This document shows positions 1-8,510 of a stretch of DNA of 64,000 nucleotides, piece by piece. This stretch comes from a virus (taxonomy: Duplodnaviria; Caudoviricetes). The notes below the pieces were generated by a model. That model did no database searches and was not told the origin of the DNA. It was given only the letters and a program-made list of their open reading frames with translations. The stretch spans positions 96,001 through 160,000 of IMG/VR virus record IMGVR_UViG_2510065010_000001. One strand, 5' to 3'. A program made the translations under genes and the position numbers. Numbering within the stretch: the stretch's first letter is position 1; each line of letters opens with the position of its first letter.

Positions 1-2
1 CT

Positions 3-3000
3 GAAAAGCAACTCCGGCAACTGCAAGATTTACAAGAGACTTTAGAAGGGAGTAGAGCTTCAACTTTACGTTTGCTAGACACAGACTTCACCCGCAAAGC
101 GTTGGGCGATCGCCAGCAATTTGAAGGGACAGTAGGTATCGCAATAGGTTCTTTTGCACTTGATGCGACAGAAGCGGTATTGGGACAAAGGTACAACGCA
201 TTAGGTTCAACCCGAAATACTTTAGCTGTCGTTGAAAACCAATTTCGTTTAGTAGAGATGGCACTTAACAGGTCTTCTAAAACAAGTGCAGTTCCAGCTG
301 AACTACAGCAAACGTTAACTAACACCTATGAGTTGACTCGTGCATTAGGTTATAGAACAAATGAAGATCAGGTAAACCAGCAATTCCAGACAGCTCTTGA
401 AGCTGCAGAGCGTAAAACATTAACTCGTCAACAACTTGCAGATCTGAGGGTCCAAACGTTAAGTGCTTTAGCAAACATTCCGGCTGAAAGAGTACAGCAA
501 ACATCTCCAAATGACCTCGACAAGTTATTAAACTTGTCGTCCGGGTCTATCCGTCGAGGTGGTGCCCCCGCTGGCTCTGCCGCTTTAACTGCAGATTCTA
601 ACTTTTATGATGTACTTGATGTTCAGTCACTACAAGCGAGACTCACTAATGAAGGCAGTGGTTTAATACCTGAGTCTGAACGTTTCAAGACAGGAATGCA
701 GGTACCAGCAGTTGGTAGGTTGCTAGCCATGTTAGGTGACTTTGATGGAGATGCTTATCAGTTTTTATTAACTGGAGTAGGTGACCATGCATCTCAACTT
801 TCTCATTTACAGAGAGCAACTCTGCAATTAGGTCAAAAGTTGGGATTTCTCGATAGACAAATTAATCAGACCAATACTCAAGAGTTGCAGCAAGAGCGTC
901 AAGCGGTTCAACAGCAGTTTAACGAAGTTAGTCAACAACTTTCTGAACAAGTACAGAAGGTATCTCAGTTTTCTAGCAATATAGACCGCACTCAAAACAG
1001 AGCGTTAAAAGATGTCCGTAAATGGGTTGGATCTTATCTAGCTTTACCTGACTTTATCACTGATGAACAGAGTTCTCTCTCAACTGGAACTCTGATGAGC
1101 ATGGTTCAGCAAATGAGTGGAACTATGCCACAAATTGAAGATGCTGCACATCATATTAAATATGCGGAAGAACATCTCAGTTTATTAACTAGTGCTTTTG
1201 GTTCGTCAGACTCTCTTACGTCTGACCAGTCGGACCCGTCTAATCCTCAAACTCGAAGTAAAATAAACCAACTTCTCCAACAGAATAACTCTCTTTCAGC
1301 ATCAATGGTCGAGGGAGTTCTTCGTTACGCTAACCAACAAGAGTCTTTCACTTCAGAAGCATTTGAGTCATCAGCTCGTACTTATCTTGCTCTCCAATCA
1401 AATTTGTCTATGACTTTTGAGCAAGTTAATAAATCGATGAAGAAAGCTTCTGGTCTTATTCTCAACCCATTCGATTTTGAAGGATTGCAAGGTGTTATAG
1501 GTCAGGCGGGGACTGAACTAATCGGAAAGACGTACAACGTTTTAGTTCCGTTGCTTGACCAAACAATGTTGGACCAGGCGCTTGTAACTAGTTTGCAAAC
1601 TACAGGACAGTCTTCGTTTAGGTCTGTTATTGACCAAAACTTACAGGCGATGGCTCAAGAATCAACAATTGAAGAAGCAACAGAAATCAATAAACTACGA
1701 CGCAAGCTACTGACAGAAGACCATCAAGGTTTGCAGCAGCAACTTTCAGCTAGATTTAGTGCCGTAACAGGTACTCTTGCTTCTCTCCAACAAATAATTC
1801 GAGATGCTCTGAAAGAAAAATCAGATAAAGGAATTATTAATGTTTTGCGAGAGGCATCCTACGAGGGTAAACCTCTAGCAGAAGCATTAGAAACTGTTGA
1901 AGCTGACTCCCCATTAGAGGCGGATAAAAGAAGAAGTCAGATTCTTAAACAGGCAGTAATGACTCGTATTGGTCCAAACTTGGGAATTGGTTCTGATTCT
2001 CAGGACTATGGTATTACTGGATTTGGAGCTTTATTAAAGCTTTCTGAATTTGCTATGACAGATTCAGATGAGCAGCTGTATGAAAAATTTGTAACAGAAC
2101 CCGGTCTTGAAGATACATATCGTCAGCAAATTAAAGAAGGCAAAGTAAGTAGCGTTAGTGAATTTGCTGCCTCCCAAGTTTTATCTTTAGTAGAAAGAGC
2201 ACAGGCTTCGTTTATTTCAGGGACCTTTTCTTCGTCTACACAAGAGACATTAATAAATCAATTTAGACAGTTTCATAACGATGCTGACCAGTCAAAACTT
2301 TCTCCGGTGAACCATCAGATTTATCAAGTAATCGATGAGTACGAGCAGCAACGACAACAGCTTAGTGACAATTCTGAACTCACTAGACTTAATAACCGTC
2401 TATTGCAAGATACAACCCTAATTCAAATCCAACATCGTAATAAAGAGCAGCAAGTACTTTCTACGAATCAGTTACAGAACCTCCGAGAATTTTATCTAGA
2501 GTCTCAGAAAGTCAGATTTGATGACGGAGACGTTTACTCTAGAATGCTTGGTGCAAACGTTGATACCTACAATTCCTTTTTGAGAATGCTTCAAAGAGGA
2601 CAACAACCTACTGCTCAAGATGCCCTTTATCTTGCAGAGTATAAAATTAATGCTTTGTCAAACATCTATGATGACGAAGCTAATTTAGCGCCTGCTGATC
2701 AGATGAGAGTGGCAAGGTTGATGGGGCTTCGGGCTGGCAGCGGGTTTATATCAGACAGAGAGCAAGCATATCTCGCACAAGCTCTTACCAGAACTTCAAA
2801 AGGTGGAGTGAGTGGCTTACAGTCGCTCCAGTCTAGTACAGCTGCAATGACCCAAGGAGTTTTTCCATTAATTGATGAGTTAGAAAAAGAATTCGAATCA
2901 CCTACACAAGACCGAGCTGATGTTTTACGACAGCAACTAGCCGGACTTTATGAGTATGGAGTTAATGTTGACAAGTTACAAGAAGTTGGGGTTATTAAAA

Positions 3001-3857
3001 CTCCCCACTCTGTAGAACAGACACAAAGACTAGCTCAATCTGCTAGTGAACAACTTAATAAACTAATCTCTCCAGTCGAGGAGCTGGGAGAACGTCCCAT
3101 AGCTCATTCAATCTTGCAACCGGACTCAAGGTTAGAAGCATTAGGGTTATTTGTCGCTCCAGCTTTATTAGCCTTAGCAGGTTCCGATGTCAAATTAGAT
3201 GATCGGGTTGGAATGTTCACCCTAGACGTTTTGCAAGCAACAGCAACTCTAACTAGTAGGTCTGATACTTTAACAGCACAGTTAGCAGGTGGTTCTGCAT
3301 CGTCAAAGGCTGCATTTAATTTTTCTGCAGGACGAGTTCGACAATCTTTAGAGACTGAAGGGTTAGCCGTAGGTGCTGTGCAAGGGCTAATACAAGAGGG
3401 TGTTTTTCAAGGTATTAGTCGAGCTGCCTATTCAACAATTGACCATTTTGCAAACAAATTACCTGGGGGTAAAACAAAAGCAGGTAATGCTATAGCGACT
3501 GTAGCGGCTGAAGCTTTGTCAACAGTTTTATCTTTAGGAATCTCTCGCGCCGTAACAAAACAGCAAACTCGTGGAGAAGAATTTGTCCCAGATCGTATTG
3601 GAGATATTCTGAAAAATGTTACGGAGCAGATCTGGCAAATGGTAGAACAGGCACAGTTAGCAATGTCAGATCCAAATTATGAAGTGTTAGATACTACAGA
3701 AAACCAAAGTATGAACTTTGAAGTTAGTGCTGTTCCTTCCCAGTTTGAACAAGACATTCAATCCGGTTTAATTGTTTTAGATGAAGAAGGTAACCAAATT
3801 GCTACTGAGTTTGAGTCTAGCTCTTCTGAACAAGTTCAACTAGCTGGAAGTTTCTAA
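3..3857 (+). CDS. C-terminal part of a giant virion/ejection-type protein with a putative two-barrel RNA polymerase catalytic motif (5'-truncated)
   Basis: The frame is open from base 3, so the TTG at 72 is not the true start. Contains SIRRGGAP (546-569) and MQVPAVGRLLAMLGDFDGDAY (DFDGD at 738-752). The rest is Q/L/E-rich helical sequence with hydrophobic helices near the C-terminus. The CDS is secure; the function is inferred. Confidence 0.6.
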   Translation, partial: EKQLRQLQDLQETLEGSRASTLRLLDTDFTRKALGDRQQFEGTVGIAIGSFALDATEAVLGQRYNALGSTRNTLAVVENQFRLVEMALNRSSKTSAVPAELQQTLTNTYELTRALGYRTNEDQVNQQFQTALEAAERKTLTRQQLADLRVQTLSALANIPAERVQQTSPNDLDKLLNLSSGSIRRGGAPAGSAALTADSNFYDVLDVQSLQARLTNEGSGLIPESERFKTGMQVPAVGRLLAMLGDFDGDAYQFLLTGVGDHASQLSHLQRATLQLGQKLGFLDRQINQTNTQELQQERQAVQQQFNEVSQQLSEQVQKVSQFSSNIDRTQNRALKDVRKWVGSYLALPDFITDEQSSLSTGTLMSMVQQMSGTMPQIEDAAHHIKYAEEHLSLLTSAFGSSDSLTSDQSDPSNPQTRSKINQLLQQNNSLSASMVEGVLRYANQQESFTSEAFESSARTYLALQSNLSMTFEQVNKSMKKASGLILNPFDFEGLQGVIGQAGTELIGKTYNVLVPLLDQTMLDQALVTSLQTTGQSSFRSVIDQNLQAMAQESTIEEATEINKLRRKLLTEDHQGLQQQLSARFSAVTGTLASLQQIIRDALKEKSDKGIINVLREASYEGKPLAEALETVEADSPLEADKRRSQILKQAVMTRIGPNLGIGSDSQDYGITGFGALLKLSEFAMTDSDEQLYEKFVTEPGLEDTYRQQIKEGKVSSVSEFAASQVLSLVERAQASFISGTFSSSTQETLINQFRQFHNDADQSKLSPVNHQIYQVIDEYEQQRQQLSDNSELTRLNNRLLQDTTLIQIQHRNKEQQVLSTNQLQNLREFYLESQKVRFDDGDVYSRMLGANVDTYNSFLRMLQRGQQPTAQDALYLAEYKINALSNIYDDEANLAPADQMRVARLMGLRAGSGFISDREQAYLAQALTRTSKGGVSGLQSLQSSTAAMTQGVFPLIDELEKEFESPTQDRADVLRQQLAGLYEYGVNVDKLQEVGVIKTPHSVEQTQRLAQSASEQLNKLISPVEELGERPIAHSILQPDSRLEALGLFVAPALLALAGSDVKLDDRVGMFTLDVLQATATLTSRSDTLTAQLAGGSASSKAAFNFSAGRVRQSLETEGLAVGAVQGLIQEGVFQGISRAAYSTIDHFANKLPGGKTKAGNAIATVAAEALSTVLSLGISRAVTKQQTRGEEFVPDRIGDILKNVTEQIWQMVEQAQLAMSDPNYEVLDTTENQSMNFEVSAVPSQFEQDIQSGLIVLDEEGNQIATEFESSSSEQVQLAGSF

Positions 3858-3874
3858 GGTTTTCTTATTAATAG

Positions 3875-3909
3875 TTGGACACCGTAATGCTCTAGTTTTC
3901 AGTAAGTAT
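3875..3909 (+). promoter_or_regulatory. Putative late-promoter element (TTGGAC-N8-GCTCTA-N9-AAGTAT)
   Basis: Degenerate copy of the recurrent motif; ends about 24 nt before ATG 3933. Confidence 0.5.
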
Positions 3910-3932
3910 GTTAGTAGATTTTAGCTTCACAT

Positions 3933-4481
3933 ATGTCGAAATCTTCTACTGACAAATTATATCCAAAAGTTTTGCTGCACCACTTATGTGCAATTTCACC
4001 GTATGGTGATCCTTTCGATTTAGAGCGATTTTTGCCCCATCTTAATGAGGCTATGAACGAGTTTGGTATTAACACGCGGTTAAGACAATCTCACTTTTTG
4101 GCACAGATAGCTTACGAAAGTGAAGACTTTGCAAAAACCGAAGGGGGTGATTTTTACTCAGAAGAAGATCTAGGTAATGTTTACCCAGGAGATGAAGAAA
4201 TATTTGCTCCAAGGGGTTTAATAAAATTTTCTGGACGCACCGCCTATGAAGAATTATCTGAAGTTCTGGATGAAAATTTATTAGTTCACCCGCAACGGTT
4301 AGCTGATGAAGATGTTGCTTCTAGAAGTGCCGGGTGGTTTTGGCAAAGAGAAGAGCTAAATTATTCAGCTGATTCCAATGACTTTGACGGTATTGTAAAA
4401 ACCCTTAATCACTTAGATGGGGGTTATGGAGAAAGACGGAAAAAGTTAAACGAAGCAAAGAAAGTTTTTAACATTCAGTGA
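3933..4481 (+). CDS. Glycoside hydrolase family 19 (chitinase-like) endolysin, divergent and acidic
   Basis: HFLAQIAYES, DLGNxxPGD, RGLIKFSGRTAY and SAGWFW match the phage GH19 pattern (FLAQxxHES, RGLIQLTGRxNY, SAxWFW). Confidence 0.8.
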   Translation: MSKSSTDKLYPKVLLHHLCAISPYGDPFDLERFLPHLNEAMNEFGINTRLRQSHFLAQIAYESEDFAKTEGGDFYSEEDLGNVYPGDEEIFAPRGLIKFSGRTAYEELSEVLDENLLVHPQRLADEDVASRSAGWFWQREELNYSADSNDFDGIVKTLNHLDGGYGERRKKLNEAKKVFNIQ

Positions 4482-4505
4482 ACTTAAGCTATAACCCGGT
4501 TTAAG

Positions 4506-4540
4506 TTGAGCACTCAATCAGCTACTTCTACCTATAACTT
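4506..4540 (+). promoter_or_regulatory. Putative late-promoter element (TTGAGCAC...TAACTT)
   Basis: Left half-site plus TANNNT 29 nt downstream; about 25 nt before ATG 4565. Confidence 0.55.
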
Positions 4541-4564
4541 GGCTATGTAGCGCTACTTAGTTTA

Positions 4565-4960
4565 ATGAGTATTCCAGAGAAATTATTTGTTGGTTCGATT
4601 GTAGTGGGTTGGGCAGCAGAGCTTGTTAACCTGTCTTTATCTCACTTTAAGTACAAAAAATTCTTGCCTTACCTGCACAAAATTTTTGTACTAATTGATC
4701 CGATTATCAAATCGAATCTTCCTCATATGTCTTCTAATGACGTGTACAGTTTAGTAGAAAAGGCTGCGATTGCAGTTGCAGACGAAACTTTGTCTCCCAA
4801 AGAAATCTCAGAGTTGGTTTCTACCGTTCTAAAAACTTTCAAGGTTGACTTAGCTGCTAACTCTAACGTTGTAACTCAGACAGACAAACCAATCTCAACA
4901 CAAATTGATGAAGCAATAGACAGATATAAGAACTCTGCAAAAGAGTTATTTAGCTCTTAA
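4565..4960 (+). CDS. Small protein with an N-terminal hydrophobic helix, possible holin or lysis accessory
   Basis: Hydrophobic segment LFVGSIVVGWAAELVNLSL; lies next to the lysin; followed by a terminator. Confidence 0.4.
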   Translation: MSIPEKLFVGSIVVGWAAELVNLSLSHFKYKKFLPYLHKIFVLIDPIIKSNLPHMSSNDVYSLVEKAAIAVADETLSPKEISELVSTVLKTFKVDLAANSNVVTQTDKPISTQIDEAIDRYKNSAKELFSS

Positions 4961-5002
4961 AAAAGTCAAGTTGAACTCTACACATAGCAAAGGTTGAATT
5001 AG

Positions 5003-5027
5003 AACCGGGGTCTGTTCCCCGGTTTTT
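5003..5027 (+). terminator. Rho-independent terminator
   Basis: AACCGGGG-tctgtt-CCCCGGTT stem-loop followed by a T run. Confidence 0.8.
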
Positions 5028-5047
5028 CCGTAAATGCCCAGTTATAT

Positions 5048-5082
5048 GTGAGCACTCAACAGCACTGCATTTGTGGAAGAGT
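5048..5082 (+). promoter_or_regulatory. Putative late-promoter element (GTGAGC-N8-GCACTG-N9-AAGAGT)
   Basis: Shares TGAGCACTCAA (11 nt) with the copy at 4507; lies between the terminator and ATG 5114. Confidence 0.5.
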
Positions 5083-5113
5083 AAAGACGTGAAATTTATG
5101 TCACTTTGTCCTA

Positions 5114-5890
5114 ATGAATACGTTTACACTGCCAGCCGATCGGCTACCATCAAAAGCCTTTTCGTTGAGTTTTAAGGAGCCAACGTTTAGAGATAGAAGA
5201 GAAGTCAGCGCTGCATATCCTACTAAAGAAACACGACCTGGTTATTCTTTAGATGAGTTGTTGTTTGCTACGTCCATTACTGCTGTAAATGGTATAGAAC
5301 TTACTCAGTCTGCACCTCGTGATCCTATCGAGCTGTTGAAAGAAATGCCACAAGCCGATGAACAGTATGCGCTTATGGTCTTTTTATCAATGTTCACTTT
5401 AGATGAAGAGTTGGAAAAAAGCTCTCGTCAACTAGGAACTGCATTTAAGACCTTATTAGACGTGCAGCATACGATCAAAAAGGATCAGATGCCTCGTCAA
5501 AAGTTCAGTGTTACTTTTCGCAAACTAGTTTCTGGACAACGGATGGCACTGGAGCGGCATTATCCTGGACTTGACTCAAACTGTGGTTACTCGTTCGATG
5601 AGATGTTGTTAGCAGCATCAATAACTCATGTAGACGGACATCCGGTTGAACCTGTTAGCAATGCTCGTGACATTATTGGTCGTCTTGATGGCTGGAGTCA
5701 TCTTGACGCACAGTTTGTGTCAAATGTATTTTTGAATGCTGTAACTATTGATAAGCAAGAAGCTCAAGATGCTAAAGACTTGGGAAAGTTACTACTTCAG
5801 GGTACCCAAGAGGAGCTTATTGCCGTTGGTGCTCAAACCTCTGGCAAGCGCGGCAAAGCGTCCTCTCAAGAGTCTGTAACAGCGACTTAA
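5114..5890 (+). CDS. Tail assembly chaperone (gpG-like), internally duplicated
   Basis: Two repeats: FKEPTFRDR..YP..GYSLDELLFATSITAVNG and FRKLVSGQR..YP..GYSFDEMLLAASITHVDG. Slippery site G GGA AAG near the 3' end. Confidence 0.65.
   Translation: MNTFTLPADRLPSKAFSLSFKEPTFRDRREVSAAYPTKETRPGYSLDELLFATSITAVNGIELTQSAPRDPIELLKEMPQADEQYALMVFLSMFTLDEELEKSSRQLGTAFKTLLDVQHTIKKDQMPRQKFSVTFRKLVSGQRMALERHYPGLDSNCGYSFDEMLLAASITHVDGHPVEPVSNARDIIGRLDGWSHLDAQFVSNVFLNAVTIDKQEAQDAKDLGKLLLQGTQEELIAVGAQTSGKRGKASSQESVTAT
5782..5788 (+). other. Programmed -1 ribosomal frameshift site GGGAAAG
   Basis: Identical to the lambda G/T slippery heptamer and in the correct phase (ttG GGA AAG). The -1 frame opens just after TAA 5773-5775 and runs without a stop to 6279. 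Confidence 0.8.
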
Positions 5891-6279
5891 TACCATTAAC
5901 GTACTTTTTGACGCAACAGCTTGAGAAACACTCAATCTGGGAAAAATCCAGTTCCTATCTTGACAATGTTTTAACAGACCAAGATATTGCAAATCTTGTT
6001 TGGCAAAGGGATGATGCCGCCAAAAAACTTTCTCAAAAATTGGGTATAGACGTTTGGGTTTCTGTTAACCAATACGTGACGATCTCATGGGAAACCTGGC
6101 ATGACCTGGACGATTTAACAAAACGTGCAATCGGTCTTGAAATTGAAGCATTAGCACAGGACAAACAGAAAGCTGTGCGAGAGCAAGAAAGCAAATTGGA
6201 AAACTTAATAACTAAAGATTCTTTAGCACTTAAGTTTCCAAATCAAACCAACAGCTCTATCGGTAGGTTCATGAGTTAA
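5788..6279 (+). CDS. gpT-like frameshift extension of the tail assembly chaperone (track ORF 5908..6279)
   Basis: The only start is a weak TTG. The frame is continuous from the slippery site. The predicted fusion is 225 + 163 = 388 aa. Confidence 0.7.
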   Translation, partial: VTTSGYPRGAYCRWCSNLWQARQSVLSRVCNSDLIPLTYFLTQQLEKHSIWEKSSSYLDNVLTDQDIANLVWQRDDAAKKLSQKLGIDVWVSVNQYVTISWETWHDLDDLTKRAIGLEIEALAQDKQKAVREQESKLENLITKDSLALKFPNQTNSSIGRFMS

Positions 6280-6281
6280 TA

Positions 6282-7799
6282 ATGTATCAAGGTCAGAGTA
6301 AAGTTCTGGAACTTGTTGATGTTCCATTTAATCCTAATAGTCGCCCCCGCAACAAGTTAAAACAGCTAGGCGACTACAAGTCCATTGCTGGACACTACAG
6401 ACGACCGATGGCTCAACGTCTGTTGGAATTTGAGCAAATTGCTCTGTTTGACACAACAGTTTCGTATGTTCTCTTTATCCTGATTGACACGTTAATTTCT
6501 CTACTGGGTCCAATTGAGCATCCTGATAAAGAAATTAGGGATTTCCTTAGAGAAAATATTGATGTGCTAGGTGGATTGCCTGGTGCAAAAAATGAAGATG
6601 AGGAAAAGTCTAACAGCGATTTTAAGTCGAGTCAGATTTATCAAGCGCTTTACCGAGCAATACACTGTTCATTGTGGGCTGGGTTTTCAACCTCAGAAGT
6701 TCTTTACACAGTTAATAAAGGGCGACTTTTTATTGAAGATTTTCTAACCTACCACCCGGCAACAATCATAGTGAGACCGAATAAAAAAGGTAGGTTAACA
6801 GAGGGAGAACCTACTCATGAACACCGTCCGTCTGGAATATACCAGCAGACTGGACTGTTAAATTACGCTTCCCCCGGTGAGACGCAGTTACCGTTATGGA
6901 AAACTGTTCATCTTCCCAGACTTTCTTTTTATGGAAACTACTACGGCACTTCCGCAATTGAACCTATTTATAAGTGGCATCTATTAAAAGAAGCTTTCAT
7001 AGACATGCAAGCGATCGCATTAGATCGTAGCGGAACTCCAATTGTTGCCATAACGATTCCAGTGTACAACACCAATCAGACAGAAGTTGACCCAGTTACA
7101 GGAGAAGAACGTCAACTTACAACTCAAGAGATTTTAGAGCGGCAGACTCAAACTCAAAACTTCGGTGGAGGTGGAAACCTATTACTTTTGCCTCAGTTTG
7201 ATGAAAAGTTACCTCCTAAAGCCCAAGTACTAACATCAGGCTCAAACGTCGGTGAATCTTTCGAAATTGGGATTGATCGATGTGACAGAGAACTTGCAAA
7301 AGGATTGTGGGTACCTTTTGTGTTATTTCCCTTTGGCAATAGGGTTGAAGGAATGTCTGATACTTATCGGGCAATGGAACTCTTTAACCGCATAATAGTT
7401 AATCTTCACAGGCAGTTTATCCACCCATTAGTCTCACAAAGTTTTCATCAATGTGTAAAGCAGAATTTTAGTAGAGAATCCGCAAACATTGCCCCTTGGT
7501 TTCCAATACGGCAAACCACCCGACCAGAAGACCGTGTGGCATTGATGCAAATGATTTCAGGTTTAACTGACCGTGGTTACTTTAATCCTCTTAACGACCA
7601 AGATTGGCTAATGGTGCGTGAGATGGTAGATGCAATATCTCGTGCGCCAAATGATGTTGACCGCAAATTTATTAATGACATGATTATTGTGCCTAAGCAA
7701 CCTGCACCGGGCGGTTCCTCTAAAGGTTCAGTTAGAGGTAAAGGTGTAGGAGCCGGAAGACCAACGGGAACTTCAGCTCCTAAATCCAATAAGAGTTAA
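6282..7799 (+). CDS. Portal protein (Mu gp29/DUF935-like)
   Basis: GFSxxEVxY, GNYYGxSxIxPIYxxxxxK and DRxGxP motifs; 505 aa; lies upstream of the protease and capsid genes. Confidence 0.8.
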   Translation: MYQGQSKVLELVDVPFNPNSRPRNKLKQLGDYKSIAGHYRRPMAQRLLEFEQIALFDTTVSYVLFILIDTLISLLGPIEHPDKEIRDFLRENIDVLGGLPGAKNEDEEKSNSDFKSSQIYQALYRAIHCSLWAGFSTSEVLYTVNKGRLFIEDFLTYHPATIIVRPNKKGRLTEGEPTHEHRPSGIYQQTGLLNYASPGETQLPLWKTVHLPRLSFYGNYYGTSAIEPIYKWHLLKEAFIDMQAIALDRSGTPIVAITIPVYNTNQTEVDPVTGEERQLTTQEILERQTQTQNFGGGGNLLLLPQFDEKLPPKAQVLTSGSNVGESFEIGIDRCDRELAKGLWVPFVLFPFGNRVEGMSDTYRAMELFNRIIVNLHRQFIHPLVSQSFHQCVKQNFSRESANIAPWFPIRQTTRPEDRVALMQMISGLTDRGYFNPLNDQDWLMVREMVDAISRAPNDVDRKFINDMIIVPKQPAPGGSSKGSVRGKGVGAGRPTGTSAPKSNKS

Positions 7800-8407
7800 A
7801 CCATCTTTGCAGTATCTTGGAAGGCAAGCCGATCACTTAAATAGTAGTCCACTATTTTTAAGTGTATGCACTTAAACCCTGGAACATACTTCCCTACTTC
7901 AATAAATTGCTGACAATCACAATGATTTGGAGTACATCGTCTTCGTGCCCCAGACGGAGTGTTAATTATGATATGCGACCCAATTAATTCCGTTATAGTG
8001 TAGCCTTCATAAACTGCTCGTGCTACTAAAAGTAAATCGTAGTGCTCTTGAACATTTGCAATCGCCCTTAATTTTTTCTGCTTCTTTTTACCTCTAAACC
8101 AGTAGAGGAGTAACCAATCATCCCCAGTTTCAATTAAAGATGCTGACTCCATAGCGGTTAAGAAGCTTTCCGCTAAAACAAGTCTTACAAAGCATTCTTC
8201 AAAATCTTCTAAGCTCTTTCCTTTTAAAGACGCAGATATTTGATAGCGTCTTGCATATTCTTTCCAATTGTCTGGTAGTGGCAAGCTTAGTTTTTTACCG
8301 TCTTGCAAGATCACTTGCATCGTGTCTTGTGTTACTTCGGTTTTTGTAATGGATAAAGAATCCTGTAAATGTTCTAAGACTAAAAGGGTAGCTAACGAGT
8401 AATCCAC
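7796..8407 (-). CDS. SWIM zinc-finger protein
   Basis: C-terminal CDC-x13-CIH matches the SWIM CxC...CxH pattern; convergent with the portal gene (4-nt overlap). Confidence 0.65.
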   Translation of the reverse strand: MDYSLATLLVLEHLQDSLSITKTEVTQDTMQVILQDGKKLSLPLPDNWKEYARRYQISASLKGKSLEDFEECFVRLVLAESFLTAMESASLIETGDDWLLLYWFRGKKKQKKLRAIANVQEHYDLLLVARAVYEGYTITELIGSHIIINTPSGARRRCTPNHCDCQQFIEVGKYVPGFKCIHLKIVDYYLSDRLAFQDTAKMV

Positions 8408-8448
8408 GTAACCTTTAACTCCGAAGTATTGCTATAACGCCATTAAAA

Positions 8449-8482
8449 TTGAGCAGCCTTGCGCTCTTGATTTCCCTAAAGT
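8449..8482 (+). promoter_or_regulatory. Putative late promoter (TTGAGC-N8-GCTCTT-N8-TAAAGT)
   Basis: GAGC/GCTC dyad; near-identical to the 17291 copy (ttgagcagccttgcgctc vs ttgaacacccttgcgttc); precedes the head operon. Confidence 0.65.
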
Positions 8483-8510
8483 GTTAGAGAGAAATAAATC
8501 TCCCTAACTT

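Noticed and set aside
735-755. GDFDGD as an FG-GAP/integrin-type calcium loop
   Set aside because: It is a single copy, lacks the following Gly (DGDG) and has no propeller repeats. The flanking sequence fits an RNA polymerase barrel better. Kept only as the alternative hypothesis.
5908-6279. Independent gene starting at TTG 5908
   Set aside because: No RBS is visible; it is better explained as the -1 frameshift extension.
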